This document shows, one piece after another, positions 1-10,585 of a DNA stretch of 64,000 bases. The notes beneath the pieces were generated by a model. It did not search any database. It was not told the DNA's origin and saw only the letters and a list, made by a program, of their open reading frames with translations. Origin of the DNA: Candidatus Cloacimonadota bacterium (lineage in GTDB: Bacteria; Cloacimonadota; Cloacimonadia; JGIOTU-2). Numbering within the stretch: the first letter of the stretch is position 1; each line of letters begins with the position of its first letter. Made by a program: the position numbers and the translations under genes. Location of the stretch: NCBI GenBank assembly GCA_049903315.1, contig JBNGBT010000004.1:192001-256000 (forward strand), given 5' to 3'.

Positions 1-23
1 AGTCTTTTTAAAATATCATTCAT
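1..23 (-). CDS. 5' end of the next operon gene (MNDILKR...), probably a NuoC/MbsK-like subunit; truncated by the window edge
   Basis: ATG at 23 preceded by AGGA; position directly after the NuoB-like gene. Identity inferred from operon order only. Confidence 0.4.
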
Positions 24-35
24 GATTTCTTTATC

Positions 36-659
36 CTACCAATTATAATCAGGCATGTTCCAGTCTTTGATCACCTTTTTCTGGTTTGCCTTGTACCATT
101 CAAAATTTTCTATATATTCATTTGCCTTTTCAGCTTTGCCCTGTTTGATAAGTTCCTGCAATTTTCTCAGTCCTGCAATAAGAGCTTCGGGTCTGGGCAT
201 GCATCCTGTGACATACACATCGACTGGTATGTAGTGATCGATGCGGTTTATCGTGTTATAGGAGTCAAAATACATGCCACCATTGATCGTGCAGCTTCCG
301 AGAGCAAGCACGAATTTCGGTGCCTGGATCTGTTCATAACTTCGGACTATTCGCTTCAAAGTTTTTATGGATGCATAACCACCAATAACAAATACACAGG
401 ATTGACGTGGCGTGGGACGCGGAGCCATACCATAACGGAACATGTCAAAACGGGCAGTCATCAGCGGACGAAGCTCGATCGCTCCGCAGCCTGTGCCGAA
501 TCCAAGAATCCATAACGAGTTTGCCCGAGCCCAATTGAGAAATTTCTCAATATATCCTTGAAGCGGTTTTACCTGCTCGGGATATGCATCGCAGAAGTAA
601 TCACGTTCAATATCGGGCATGTCTTTATTTGGTAATAATCTGTTATCTTTCTTCACCAA
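36..659 (-). CDS. NuoB/MbsJ(MbxJ)-like Fe-S subunit of a membrane-bound oxidoreductase
   Basis: GTGCGAIE, RPTPRQS, LGSCTINGGMYFDSY and IPVDVYVTGCMPRPEA motifs. Confidence 0.92.
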   Translation of the reverse strand: MVKKDNRLLPNKDMPDIERDYFCDAYPEQVKPLQGYIEKFLNWARANSLWILGFGTGCGAIELRPLMTARFDMFRYGMAPRPTPRQSCVFVIGGYASIKTLKRIVRSYEQIQAPKFVLALGSCTINGGMYFDSYNTINRIDHYIPVDVYVTGCMPRPEALIAGLRKLQELIKQGKAEKANEYIENFEWYKANQKKVIKDWNMPDYNW

Positions 660-665
660 AGCTCC

Positions 666-1580
666 TTATAAAACCATAATAATGATTGCAAGCAAAGCAA
701 TCAGCGTGGGAACAAAAAGGAAAAATTTTATTGATTGATCAGTTCTGAATCTCGGAAAGGAAACACCAACCACAACTGAAATCATATATATAGCAAAAGT
801 TTTTATGATCATGGCAAAGATGTTTGTCGCGCCTCCAAAGAACAGATTCATGTACAGCACAAGCTTGGCTGCATTGAAAATACCACGATTTGTCTGCATG
901 AGTCCGAGAAAGCTGCCGTGGAATTCGGTTGGTGGTCCAATTGGGATTTCCTGAGGTGCCAGCACCACGCTGAATGGATTGTGCATGTTCATCCCGAGCA
1001 TAGCGATGAGCGCTGCAGTGGTCGCAAGAGGATTGGTAAATAATGTCCAGTTCAGTATACTGCCCTGCTGTGCAACTACGATTGAAGTAATGTTCAATGT
1101 ATGATACTGAATTGCAATTGCAATAATAGAAAGTGCAAAGGGAACTTCGAACGCAGTCATCTGAGCGAGTCCTCTTGCCACACCGATCGCACTGTATGGA
1201 TGTCCACTCTCCCCAGCTCCCAAAGCCATGCCGAGCTGACCGAAAAAGATAAAATACATCACAAGCAGCACATCACCCGAAACACTGAAATTGCTGAAAA
1301 TCGTTGATCCAAGTATCGCTGGGATGAATAAATACGTGCCAATTCCGCCTGCAATTCTAAAAACCGGTCCAAGAAAAAACATGATCCCATGAGTAACTGC
1401 TGTCCTCTTACCATACGTTTTGATAATATCAATAAACGGCTGCCAGAATGGAGGTCCAATCCTGCCCTGTACTCGTGCATATATCTTGCGTACAATACCG
1501 CCGAGTGTTAATCCCCAGATTGTAATAACGGCAAGTGAGATGAGCGAGTAGAGAATTTTAAGTAGAAGGGGAGTAGTCAT
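666..1580 (-). CDS. NuoH/MbsM-like membrane subunit (complex I subunit 1 family)
   Basis: RKIYARVQGRIGPPFWQPFIDIIK, GPPTEF and FPRFRTDQ motifs; hydrophobic. Confidence 0.92.
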   Translation of the reverse strand: MTTPLLLKILYSLISLAVITIWGLTLGGIVRKIYARVQGRIGPPFWQPFIDIIKTYGKRTAVTHGIMFFLGPVFRIAGGIGTYLFIPAILGSTIFSNFSVSGDVLLVMYFIFFGQLGMALGAGESGHPYSAIGVARGLAQMTAFEVPFALSIIAIAIQYHTLNITSIVVAQQGSILNWTLFTNPLATTAALIAMLGMNMHNPFSVVLAPQEIPIGPPTEFHGSFLGLMQTNRGIFNAAKLVLYMNLFFGGATNIFAMIIKTFAIYMISVVVGVSFPRFRTDQSIKFFLFVPTLIALLAIIIMVL

Positions 1581-4500
1581 TATTTACCTCCCATAATGAA
1601 ATAGAGTACAACAAAATAGAGTAAAATATGCAAGAGATAGGTTTGCCCGTTTCCGGAATATATCTGCCGGACCGTACCTGCTATAGAACTGACCCATTCT
1701 CCAAGACTACTCCAGAATCCAGTAACGACAGGGCGCACAAACGTGCCAAGCGCTCTTCTGTAGTGAGCATAAAAGTTGTGTGCAAAATGAGTAGTAGTAG
1801 GTTTAAAAGGTCGTTCTGCTGCAAACACAATATTAAACTGTTTCACTTTCTGCACGCGACCGATCGAGACTATGAGCCAGATAAGAGGAAGCATGAATAC
1901 ACCCATTGTGACATACATAACGAGGTTGCCGTTCCAGTACCCCAAACTACTATACAGCGTGTTTCCCTGCCAATGAATTGTGGAAGCAAAATAAGGAGTG
2001 ATGAATGTGCTCAAGGGTTTGATTATCAAACTCGGGAACATTGAGATCGCCATGATCGCAAAAATAAATAGAAACTGGGGAACGAGGAAGAATGGAGAAG
2101 CTTCTTTTACATCTTTATGCTGGGGTTTGGGCTGTCCAAGGAATATCGTATGAATCAGTCTGAAAAGATACAGAAATGCGATAGCACTTGCAAAGAAGGA
2201 GAGTCCAGCCCGGAAATACCAACCCTTCTCAAGAAGCGCGGTGTATATAAGCCATTTGGCTCCAAATCCCGACAAAGGCGGCACACCGGAAAGTGCAATA
2301 ATACCGATCAATACAGATATGAAAGAATAGGGCATCTTTTTGATAAGACCACCCATCTCGTACATGTTACGTGTTCCAACCCTGGAAATAACACCTGCAA
2401 CTGTGAGGAGTATCATGGCTTTGAAAAACAGGTGATTTACTGCAAGATAGAGTCCGGATACCCAACCAAGATGTGACATCACTGCCATGCACAATACTAT
2501 ATAGCCAAGCTGTCCCATGCTTGAGTACGCAAGAAGGTATTTTACATCCTCCTGAAAAATCGCCATTAATGAGCCGAAAAACACAGTAAAGATGCCGATC
2601 CAACCAAGCATGCTTAAGAAAAGTGCGCTATGATGCATGTTCATTTTTATGAGAAATAGCAGTAAAATAAGCATACCGAAAATTCCTGTTTTACTCAGTA
2701 TGGAAGACATAAAGGAAGTTGTGTCATCTTCAGCTTCTGCATAGGAACCGGGAAGCCAGATATGAAATCCTATAGCTCCAACTTTGATGAGAAATGCACC
2801 TATGATAAGTACGAATGCAGTAATTGGTAAAATGTGTGCAGAAACAGGTATTGATCCTAAGCCGAAAAGTGAAAAGTCAATAGTATGAGCATAACTCAGT
2901 CCGCTGAGAAGCATATATGCTCCTGCCAGGGAAAAAGTAATAAAGAGGAGTGCTGGCTTTTCTGCTTTCTTGCCGCGAAGGACAAGCAAGTACGCAGCTA
3001 TAGTCATCATCTCCCATGCAAAGAAAAACTCAAGAGAATTCCTCGCGACAAGCATGGAACCCATTGAAAGGATCATTCCGACGAGGAAGGGGAAAAAGCC
3101 CCTGTCTTGTACTTCCCTGCCCATAGTCGCAATAAGCTGAATAAAGCTGCCGGCAAGGAATATAAAGGCAAATACAAGGCTTACCCCTGAAAGTACTGGA
3201 TAGATATAAAAAGTATAAGCCGCTACTATTAACATTGAAATAATCGCTTTCAATTTGGAGGGAAGGAAGTCAAATATACTCAGAACGAGTATTCCTGCAA
3301 GCGGCAATAGCGGCAGAATATCAAAATTGTAAATATGGATTGGGATGCCGAGAGAAATAATGATTAATATTAAGAAAAATAGTATAATTGGAACTGTTTT
3401 ATATGCAGGCTGTAAAAAGTGCTCTTCCTTTTGCTCTGATCTTACAATGCTTCCGAACCAGCGAAACAGGTAGAATGCTTCAAGAAGAGAGCCGATGAGA
3501 ATAAGGACTATCCAGACATGAAGTTTGGAAAGAGCCAGGAATCTTACTATTTCCCATTTAGCCCAGAAATTTGGAAAAGGAGGAATGCCGACCAGAGTAA
3601 AAATGAACACACTAAATATGATAAGCAAGCCCGGTTTGAAACGTAGTATTGCCCACTCCTTGATATGAGCTTTTTTGATAATCCCTGCAATCCAGAAAAG
3701 TCCGGCTTTCGCAATAAAATTACTTAAAAATATACTCGAAATAATAAAAAGTGAGGTCGAGCTTTTTACATGGAGATATCGCGTAAGTGCGGTTACAGTA
3801 ATGAGCAGACCAATCTGCGCAATTGATGAATATCCAAGAAGACGTCTCGCATCAGTTTGCTTGAGAGCTATTAGATTTGAGAAAACAAAAGATACTATCC
3901 CAATACCAGCAATGTAAAGTAATTGGTTGTGTGGAATAAGAGGAAGAAGCTTGTAAAATGCATAAAAAACTCCAGCCGAATTTGCCACAGCAATAATGGA
4001 TACAACTCCCGAAGTAGTAGTTTGATAGACATCAAGCGCCCATCCGTTTGCAGGAAATGGTTTAAGTTCTATGATCAGTGACATCAGAAGTGTAAATAGA
4101 GACAAAAATCCAAGTGTTGTTATTACAAAACTCTTTTGAGCAATGATCTGATCAATATTGAGTGTACCTGTGATATGATAGATAAAAATTGTGCCAAGAA
4201 GAAAGAATATTGAGGCCAGGCCGCTGGCGATCATATATTTGAAGCCCGATGCAAGACGCTGCTCGTTTTCTTTCAGTGTAATCAAAGCATAGGTGGAAAT
4301 GGATGAAATCTCCAGAAATACAAACAGGTTGAAAAGGTCGCGAGTCATCACAATGCCATTGATCCCCATAATCATCATGAGGTAGAGGACCATAGGATAG
4401 ATTTTTGACTGCTTGAAAGACTTAGTGAGATATAATGCGCTGAGGAGTCCTATAAGATTCACTGCAAAGAGTATAAATGCTTCTTCCAAACCCATCCTTA

Positions 4501-4720
4501 AATTGATTGAAAAAGGTGGTTTGAAACCTGCCGTGAAGATCATTACTGGCGTTTGTGAGGTAAAGACAAATTTATACAGCCACTGTCCAGCTATAAAAGT
4601 ATTTATAAGAAGAACAAGTTGTAAAATCCCAAGGGAAAATCTTCGATTTATTTTATCAAAAAGGGAAAGGAGAAATGAGGTTCCAAGAAAGAGAATAAAA
4701 ATTATAATTGGATTTACCAT
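1580..4720 (-). CDS. Fused double antiporter-like subunit (MrpD/NuoLMN family; MbsH+MbsH'-like)
   Basis: Two proton-antiporter modules: DLFNLFVFLEISS...KPFPANGW...RRLLGYSSIAQ and FFFAWEMM...IKVGAIGFHIWLP...KYLLAYSSMGQ...GVPPLSGF. Confidence 0.9.
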   Translation of the reverse strand: MVNPIIIFILFLGTSFLLSLFDKINRRFSLGILQLVLLINTFIAGQWLYKFVFTSQTPVMIFTAGFKPPFSINLRMGLEEAFILFAVNLIGLLSALYLTKSFKQSKIYPMVLYLMMIMGINGIVMTRDLFNLFVFLEISSISTYALITLKENEQRLASGFKYMIASGLASIFFLLGTIFIYHITGTLNIDQIIAQKSFVITTLGFLSLFTLLMSLIIELKPFPANGWALDVYQTTTSGVVSIIAVANSAGVFYAFYKLLPLIPHNQLLYIAGIGIVSFVFSNLIALKQTDARRLLGYSSIAQIGLLITVTALTRYLHVKSSTSLFIISSIFLSNFIAKAGLFWIAGIIKKAHIKEWAILRFKPGLLIIFSVFIFTLVGIPPFPNFWAKWEIVRFLALSKLHVWIVLILIGSLLEAFYLFRWFGSIVRSEQKEEHFLQPAYKTVPIILFFLILIIISLGIPIHIYNFDILPLLPLAGILVLSIFDFLPSKLKAIISMLIVAAYTFYIYPVLSGVSLVFAFIFLAGSFIQLIATMGREVQDRGFFPFLVGMILSMGSMLVARNSLEFFFAWEMMTIAAYLLVLRGKKAEKPALLFITFSLAGAYMLLSGLSYAHTIDFSLFGLGSIPVSAHILPITAFVLIIGAFLIKVGAIGFHIWLPGSYAEAEDDTTSFMSSILSKTGIFGMLILLLFLIKMNMHHSALFLSMLGWIGIFTVFFGSLMAIFQEDVKYLLAYSSMGQLGYIVLCMAVMSHLGWVSGLYLAVNHLFFKAMILLTVAGVISRVGTRNMYEMGGLIKKMPYSFISVLIGIIALSGVPPLSGFGAKWLIYTALLEKGWYFRAGLSFFASAIAFLYLFRLIHTIFLGQPKPQHKDVKEASPFFLVPQFLFIFAIMAISMFPSLIIKPLSTFITPYFASTIHWQGNTLYSSLGYWNGNLVMYVTMGVFMLPLIWLIVSIGRVQKVKQFNIVFAAERPFKPTTTHFAHNFYAHYRRALGTFVRPVVTGFWSSLGEWVSSIAGTVRQIYSGNGQTYLLHILLYFVVLYFIMGGK

Positions 4721-5067
4721 TTCAGCTCCCTGTAATCTTCGATTGAAAGCGATTTTCTGCGTTTGTACAATCGAACCACATAACTAAGCATCAGTGCGGT
4801 CACTGCAAGTCCGATAACAATAGCAGTGAGTACAAGGGCAGAAGGAATAGGATCAACTACTTTTTGGACTGCATTGTCCGGAGTGACCATTTTATCAAGA
4901 ATTGGAGCAGTTTTTCCCCTCAGATAGCCAATTGTTACAATGATGAGATGAATGCCTGTATCGATAATTGAGAATCCTATCACGATCTTAAATAGATTTT
5001 TCCGGGTGAGCATGCCCCAGAGTCCGATGACGAATAATATGAAGCCAAGTATAAGTGTATATCTCAT
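4714..5067 (-). CDS. MnhC/MrpC-like subunit
   Basis: KNLFKIVIG and VDPIPSALVLTAIVIG motifs. Confidence 0.92.
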   Translation of the reverse strand: MRYTLILGFILFVIGLWGMLTRKNLFKIVIGFSIIDTGIHLIIVTIGYLRGKTAPILDKMVTPDNAVQKVVDPIPSALVLTAIVIGLAVTALMLSYVVRLYKRRKSLSIEDYRELKW

Positions 5068-5765
5068 TCTTCGGCTCCTCTCATACTATCCAGCACATTG
5101 CTGAGTTCAGATCCAACTTTTAGACCGATGAATGAGTATATTAAAGGAATCGCACCTGCACTGAATAATTTTCCGAGCACACCGAGCGGGAGAAACGTAG
5201 AATTGAGAAAACTTCCTAATAAGACCAATCCAAGCAATCCCAGAAGTACGTAAAATGCCCCGGAAAGTGACTCAACCCAATGCAGAACTGTATGATTAAA
5301 TTGAAAATTGATATTTGATAATAAGAGAAGAAGGAATGCAGAAGCAAGCACAACACCTCCCTGGAATCCGCCGCCAGGGGTAAGGTGTCCATGAAGGAAA
5401 ATATACACACCAAACAAAATTGTGAGTGGAAACAGAAATGATGCACCTGTTTGCAGAATTTCTGATGCCGGACGCCGGTCGGATTTACTGTTCTTCTCAC
5501 CCTTTTTTCTTTTCAGGAGTAATCCCACTCCGGCAGTCGCGATAAAGAGAACAGTCACCTCGCCAAGAGTATCAAGTCCACGGAATGTAACCACAACAGC
5601 TGTGACAATATTCGCGGTTTTAAGATCGCTTACAGATTTTTCCACATATCCTGACGAGAGGGCATTAAGTGAGTCTTTAAGAATAACATTTTTCATGAAT
5701 GGAAGGAAGATGACAATAAGGACGATGAGCACTGCAATAGCGAGCATACGTTTAATCATCATCAA
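5064..5765 (-). CDS. MnhB/MrpB-like subunit
   Basis: NIVTAVVVTFRGLDTLGEVTVL and HGHLTPGGGFQGG motifs. Confidence 0.92.
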   Translation of the reverse strand: MMMIKRMLAIAVLIVLIVIFLPFMKNVILKDSLNALSSGYVEKSVSDLKTANIVTAVVVTFRGLDTLGEVTVLFIATAGVGLLLKRKKGEKNSKSDRRPASEILQTGASFLFPLTILFGVYIFLHGHLTPGGGFQGGVVLASAFLLLLLSNINFQFNHTVLHWVESLSGAFYVLLGLLGLVLLGSFLNSTFLPLGVLGKLFSAGAIPLIYSFIGLKVGSELSNVLDSMRGAEE

Positions 5766-6009
5766 CCTCCTTATTTATCTTCTTGATCCTGCTGAGTGCA
5801 TAGAGAAATACAATAGTCGTAAGCCCCGAACCGATCGCAGCTTCCGTCATTGCAACATCCGGTGCAGAAAGGATAAGATAAATAATGCTTGCAAGGAGAC
5901 TGATCACTCCTGAGGTGATAATTGCTGTCAGCAGGTTTTTGGACATCACTGCAATGACTGCGGCGAGTATCATAATGATTCCTAAAATGATGATGAAAAC
6001 TGTGATCAT
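5752..6009 (-). CDS. MbhD/DUF4040-like small membrane subunit
   Basis: APDVAMTEAAIGSGL motif. Confidence 0.9.
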   Translation of the reverse strand: MITVFIIILGIIMILAAVIAVMSKNLLTAIITSGVISLLASIIYLILSAPDVAMTEAAIGSGLTTIVFLYALSRIKKINKEVDDD

Positions 6010-6359
6010 ACAGACGCTCCTTCCTGCTCTTGTTCATCATCTTTCAAGCAGTCTCTGATAGAGACATCTGCAAGCTTTATCCCGGCATGATGAGCAGCTC
6101 TGGCAAGAGCATGTGAGGATATTGGATTGGTGAATAAAATGAAAAGTATCAACACTATTATCCTTCCTATGCAGCCGCATTCGATATATGAAATTCCCAA
6201 ACCAAGCAAGAACAGCATACTTCCGAGAGTGGTTGCTTTTGTGCCTGCCTGCATCCTGTTATATACATCCGGCATACGAAGTATTCCAATAGACCCAAGC
6301 AGAAGAAAAAGGGATCCTATCAGGGTAATAAAAGCTCCGATTATATCAAGCACAGCCAC
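6006..6359 (-). CDS. MnhG/MrpG-like subunit
   Basis: GILRMPDVYNRMQAGTKATTLG and TNPISSHALARAA motifs. Confidence 0.92.
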   Translation of the reverse strand: MAVLDIIGAFITLIGSLFLLLGSIGILRMPDVYNRMQAGTKATTLGSMLFLLGLGISYIECGCIGRIIVLILFILFTNPISSHALARAAHHAGIKLADVSIRDCLKDDEQEQEGASV

Positions 6360-6619
6360 TAGATCCCCCTTTCGATATAGCGCGCAACAGCAATAACACC
6401 AAGAAAGCTTATCAGTGCATACACCGTCGCGACATCAAGATAAATGATTCTCATTGATTTGGAAGCGATGAATGCGATTAAGGAAATACTGATGATGGTC
6501 ATTGTGTCGAGTGCAATTGCTCGATCAGCAGTGGTAGGACCTAGTATCATTCTTATGAATGAAAGAGCCAGTGCAAAAAGTGCGATATATCCGGCAATGT
6601 TAATAATTATCTCAGCCAA
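6359..6619 (-). CDS. MnhF/MrpF-like subunit
   Basis: GPTTADRAIALD motif. Confidence 0.92.
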   Translation of the reverse strand: MAEIIINIAGYIALFALALSFIRMILGPTTADRAIALDTMTIISISLIAFIASKSMRIIYLDVATVYALISFLGVIAVARYIERGI

Positions 6620-7106
6620 AGATCACCTCCAAATAACGTTCGAATCGTGCAACGATCTCTCTGCTGGTATCATCGATATTATCTGTCGATATATTGATCC
6701 AATGTATATAGAAAAATTCATCTCTGGTTTCCACGGTCAATGTGCCGGGAGTGAGTGTTATGGAATTTGCAAGAATGAGCTTACCCATTTTTGATTTCAG
6801 TTTGGTTTTCACTTTTACTATCCCGGGTTGTATAGGCAGTTTCGGATGTGCGACACGGAATGCAACATCAAAGTTGGATTTTATGAGTTCAAGAAGAAAT
6901 ACAAAAACATATAATATGCTGTATAGAATCGATTTGGGAGTGAGTCTGAGTTCTTCAAAGGCAAGTGCTTTTGAATTGTATATGACAGTAATAATAAGGC
7001 ATACCACTGCGCCTGCAATGAGTTCCTGTATTTTAAAACCAGTGAACAAAAACCAGATCAAGAATAAGAAAAGATAAAGCAGAATACTTCGTTTAAAAAT
7101 TTTCAT
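6612..7106 (-). CDS. MnhE/MrpE-like subunit
   Basis: SNFDVA...PGIV...LANSITLTPGTLTV...IHWI motifs. Confidence 0.92.
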   Translation of the reverse strand: MKIFKRSILLYLFLFLIWFLFTGFKIQELIAGAVVCLIITVIYNSKALAFEELRLTPKSILYSILYVFVFLLELIKSNFDVAFRVAHPKLPIQPGIVKVKTKLKSKMGKLILANSITLTPGTLTVETRDEFFYIHWINISTDNIDDTSREIVARFERYLEVIFG

Positions 7107-7328
7107 GAGCCCACCTTTCTACAGTATGATAACATGCTTCAAACATTTAGGATAAACTCTTTCCGCCGATTCCGAAGTTTTCGCGGGGAACTTCGTCTAT
7201 ACGGACATAAATATATTTTTCATTTTTTCCTGTAATTTCAGCCGCAACCTCTGTCAATCTTTTAATTAAAAGTTGTTTTTGTTCCTTTGATAATTCACCT
7301 GCATTTTCAAGAGTTATGATCGGCATAC

Positions 7329-9254
7329 TTACTCCTTATTTTCCTGTTGAAAGGCGTCGAGATCAGCCCATTCTTTGAGCAGATCATCTAATTTATTCTG
7401 TAAATATTTTCTCTGATCGTAGAGTTCAAGCAATTTCTTGTAGTCTTTCCCAAAGGCACTGATGTCTTTATCAGTTTGCTCGATTTGATCTTCAGTCTTT
7501 TCCACTTCGTTTTCAATATCCAGAAGCCGTCTCACCCTGCTTTTCTTTTCATTTGCAGCTTTTCTGCGTGAGGCGTGATCCAGTTGGGATATTGGCTTTT
7601 CACCAATTATTTTATGAGGTGTATCTTCTTGTGAATCATGTTTTTTCTTATTTCTATAGAAATCATAATTACCGGGATATTCATAGAGTTTTCGCTGCTC
7701 AAGTTCGATAACTTTATGTGCTATTTTGTTGATAAAATATCGGTCATGAGAGATGAAGAGTATCGTGCCTTTATAGTCGAGCAATGCTTCTTCCAGCATT
7801 TCCATAGAATCGATATCAAGGTGATTCGTGGGCTCATCCAGAAGCAGTAAATTGGGATTCTTTTTCATGAGAATACAAAGCTGGAAACGTACTTTCTCAC
7901 CTCCGGAAAGGTCGTCCAATCTTTTGAAAACATCATTTCCAAAAAAGAGAAAACGAGCAAGAGCAGTCCGGGCTCTATCCTCATGCATGGGAAACATCCT
8001 GCGGTATGCATCGAGAACTGATTCTGTGGGATTCTCAAAATGTACTTCCTGCTCAAGGTAACCGATATTCAATCTCGAGCCAAGCTTCACCTCTCCGGAA
8101 TCCGGCTGTATTTGATTCAGAATGATCTTAAAAATGGTTGTTTTGCCTGTACCGTTCTTGCCGAGAATACATATATGTTCCTTATAATAAACAAACAGGT
8201 CAATCGAATCTAATAAAACAAGGTTTTCATAAGTCTTTGTTACATCCTTGAGTTTGATCACATCTTTGCCTGAACGCTGCACAGATGAGAGATCGAGTCC
8301 CATTTTTTTAGCTTCTGTGGGTCTATCCACTCTATCAATCCGCTCAAGACGGCGTTCCATGTTCATTGCTTTTTTGAACATATCTGGATTATCTGTGCGT
8401 GTTCCCCAATCCCGGAACCGCTTGATTGCTTCTTCCATTGCTTCGATCTTTTTCTGCTGATTCTTGTATGCGGAAAATTGGCGCTGTATTTCTTCCTCGC
8501 GAAGCTCGATATATTTTGAATAATTACCCTTGTATGTTTTTGTTCTGCCATTTTCCAACTCAATTACTTTTGATACTGTCGCATCCAAAAAATAGCGGTC
8601 GTGGGCAACGATTATTGCGCTTCCTTTATACTGGGAAATAAAGTCTTCAAGCCATTCGATCGATTCGATGTCCAGATGATTTGTTGGTTCGTCCAATAGC
8701 AGGATGTCAGGATGATTAAGAAATATCTGCCCGAGCATTACTCTTGTCTTTTCTCCTCCGCTCAGGGAATTATAATCCCGATGCAGCATCTGGTCTGTGA
8801 TCTTGAGACCGGTACATACTTTCTCAAGTTTGACATCGATATCATATCCTTCAAGATGCTCAAACCGCATCAATAGTTTTTCATATTTTGAGATCAGTTT
8901 TGTTTGAGCATTTTTATCTTTCGTACTCGAAATGCGCTGTTCGAGAATTCGAAGATTGTCTCGCAGGTCAAAAATATGCTGGCAGGATTGTTTGAGTACT
9001 TCGATGACTTCAGTGCCTTCAGGATAATCGGGAATTTGCTCGATATATCCGATAGTTGATCCTTTTGCAACACTGATTGCTCCAGCATCTGCATCTGCGG
9101 CGCCGGTGATCAAACGGAAAATTGTCGTCTTGCCGCTTCCATTCCTGCCGATAAGACCGACCTTCTCTCCTCGAATAAGATCGAAGGAAGCATTTTGGAG
9201 AATTTCATACCCTCCAAATGATTTTTTCACCGCGTTCAAACTAATATCTTTCAT
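7329..9254 (-). CDS. ABC-F family ATPase
   Basis: Two ABC domains (GRNGSGKT, LSGGEK, LLLDEPTNHLD, twice), no TM segments, coiled-coil tail. Confidence 0.93.
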   Translation of the reverse strand: MKDISLNAVKKSFGGYEILQNASFDLIRGEKVGLIGRNGSGKTTIFRLITGAADADAGAISVAKGSTIGYIEQIPDYPEGTEVIEVLKQSCQHIFDLRDNLRILEQRISSTKDKNAQTKLISKYEKLLMRFEHLEGYDIDVKLEKVCTGLKITDQMLHRDYNSLSGGEKTRVMLGQIFLNHPDILLLDEPTNHLDIESIEWLEDFISQYKGSAIIVAHDRYFLDATVSKVIELENGRTKTYKGNYSKYIELREEEIQRQFSAYKNQQKKIEAMEEAIKRFRDWGTRTDNPDMFKKAMNMERRLERIDRVDRPTEAKKMGLDLSSVQRSGKDVIKLKDVTKTYENLVLLDSIDLFVYYKEHICILGKNGTGKTTIFKIILNQIQPDSGEVKLGSRLNIGYLEQEVHFENPTESVLDAYRRMFPMHEDRARTALARFLFFGNDVFKRLDDLSGGEKVRFQLCILMKKNPNLLLLDEPTNHLDIDSMEMLEEALLDYKGTILFISHDRYFINKIAHKVIELEQRKLYEYPGNYDFYRNKKKHDSQEDTPHKIIGEKPISQLDHASRRKAANEKKSRVRRLLDIENEVEKTEDQIEQTDKDISAFGKDYKKLLELYDQRKYLQNKLDDLLKEWADLDAFQQENKE

Positions 9255-9357
9255 GTCAGTAAAAGTAATGTAGTTTATTGAGTGTGTCTGTCAAATCTTA
9301 AAGATCATAATGAGAAGTTATCCATTTTGAGAAGCTGTTTTCGCAAGAACTTATCCA

Positions 9358-10359
9358 TTAGTCATGGATTAAATACCACTCGACAGTGGATGTGAGATTT
9401 TTGTTAAAATTATGAGAAGGTTTCCATCCGATCTCTGCCTGTACTTTTGAACAATCCATTGAATAGCGTAGATCGTGACCGGGTCTGTCTTTTGTAAATG
9501 TAATGTATTTTTTGTAATAATCTTTCTCTTTATTTGTATGAGAAGCAACAATTTCGCAGAGCTGGTTCACGAGTGTAATATTGTCGACCTCGTATTCTCC
9601 ATTGATATTATATATTTCACCAATCTTGCCTTTTTCTAATACTCCAAGTAATACTTTGCAGTGATCTTCCACATATATCCAATCACGAACATTCAAGCCG
9701 TTTCCATAAATTGGAAGTGGTTTTTCATTCTTCATGTTGAGGATCATGAGGGGAATCAGCTTTTCCGGGTACTGATAAGGACCGAAATTATTGGAACATC
9801 GGGTGATAAGAATGGGGAATCCGAATGACTCAAAATAGGATTGAGCAAGAAGGTCTGCTGCCGCTTTGGATGCTGCATAAGGTGAGCGCGGTTTAAGAGG
9901 GGAATCTTCAGTAAATTTCTCTTTTCCTTCGAGTGGTAAAGAGCCATACACTTCGTCTGTGGAGATATGCAGAAATCTATTGGATTCCAACTCATCTTTT
10001 TTCCAGGATTCTTGTGCAGCTTGAAGCAGAACTGAAGTGCCGAGTACATTGGTTTTCATGAAAAGTTGCGGATCATCAAAAGAGCGGTCAACATGAGATT
10101 CTGCAGCGAAGTGAATGACAAAATCGATTTCATTTTCTGTAAAAATTTTTCGTACAAGTTTTTGGTCAGCAATATCTCCTTTTATAAAAGTATAACGCTC
10201 AGGATAGAGGTTCTCAATTTCTTCAACATTCAATACATTTCCTGCATAAGTGAGTGCATCAAGATTCAGGATGTGAGCATTCGATTTTTGCTTTAGAAGA
10301 TATCGGATGAAATTCGATCCGATGAAACCGCAACCGCCTGTGATCAAATAGGTTTTCAT
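9358..10359 (-). CDS. rfbB: dTDP-glucose 4,6-dehydratase
   Basis: TGGCGFIGSNF, HFAAESHVDRS, HISTDEVYGS, SPYAASKA and DRPGHDLRY motifs; start taken at ATG 10359. Confidence 0.93.
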   Translation of the reverse strand: MKTYLITGGCGFIGSNFIRYLLKQKSNAHILNLDALTYAGNVLNVEEIENLYPERYTFIKGDIADQKLVRKIFTENEIDFVIHFAAESHVDRSFDDPQLFMKTNVLGTSVLLQAAQESWKKDELESNRFLHISTDEVYGSLPLEGKEKFTEDSPLKPRSPYAASKAAADLLAQSYFESFGFPILITRCSNNFGPYQYPEKLIPLMILNMKNEKPLPIYGNGLNVRDWIYVEDHCKVLLGVLEKGKIGEIYNINGEYEVDNITLVNQLCEIVASHTNKEKDYYKKYITFTKDRPGHDLRYSMDCSKVQAEIGWKPSHNFNKNLTSTVEWYLIHD

Positions 10360-10585
10360 CTCTGCTCCGGAATTCTTTTTCAAAGAAGGAGTGATTATGA
10401 GGAGTATTCTTTGTCAAGACTTTGGTGTATTATGAGCTATACATTCTAAATATATTGCTGATAAAGAATATTAAATTTTCTTTTTTTTAGAGGGTGTAAA
10501 TTGTAAATGATTAATAATTTCTTGACATCCGATATGGTCAGTTAAGCTCACACAATATTTCAAATTATTCAAAAGGAGCATACAC

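Noticed and set aside
36..7106. Plain Mrp antiporter, complex I or NiFe hydrogenase
   Set aside because: Mrp-like genes are linked to NuoH- and NuoB-like genes, the small subunit lacks the CC/CxxC motif, and the large subunit is outside the window.
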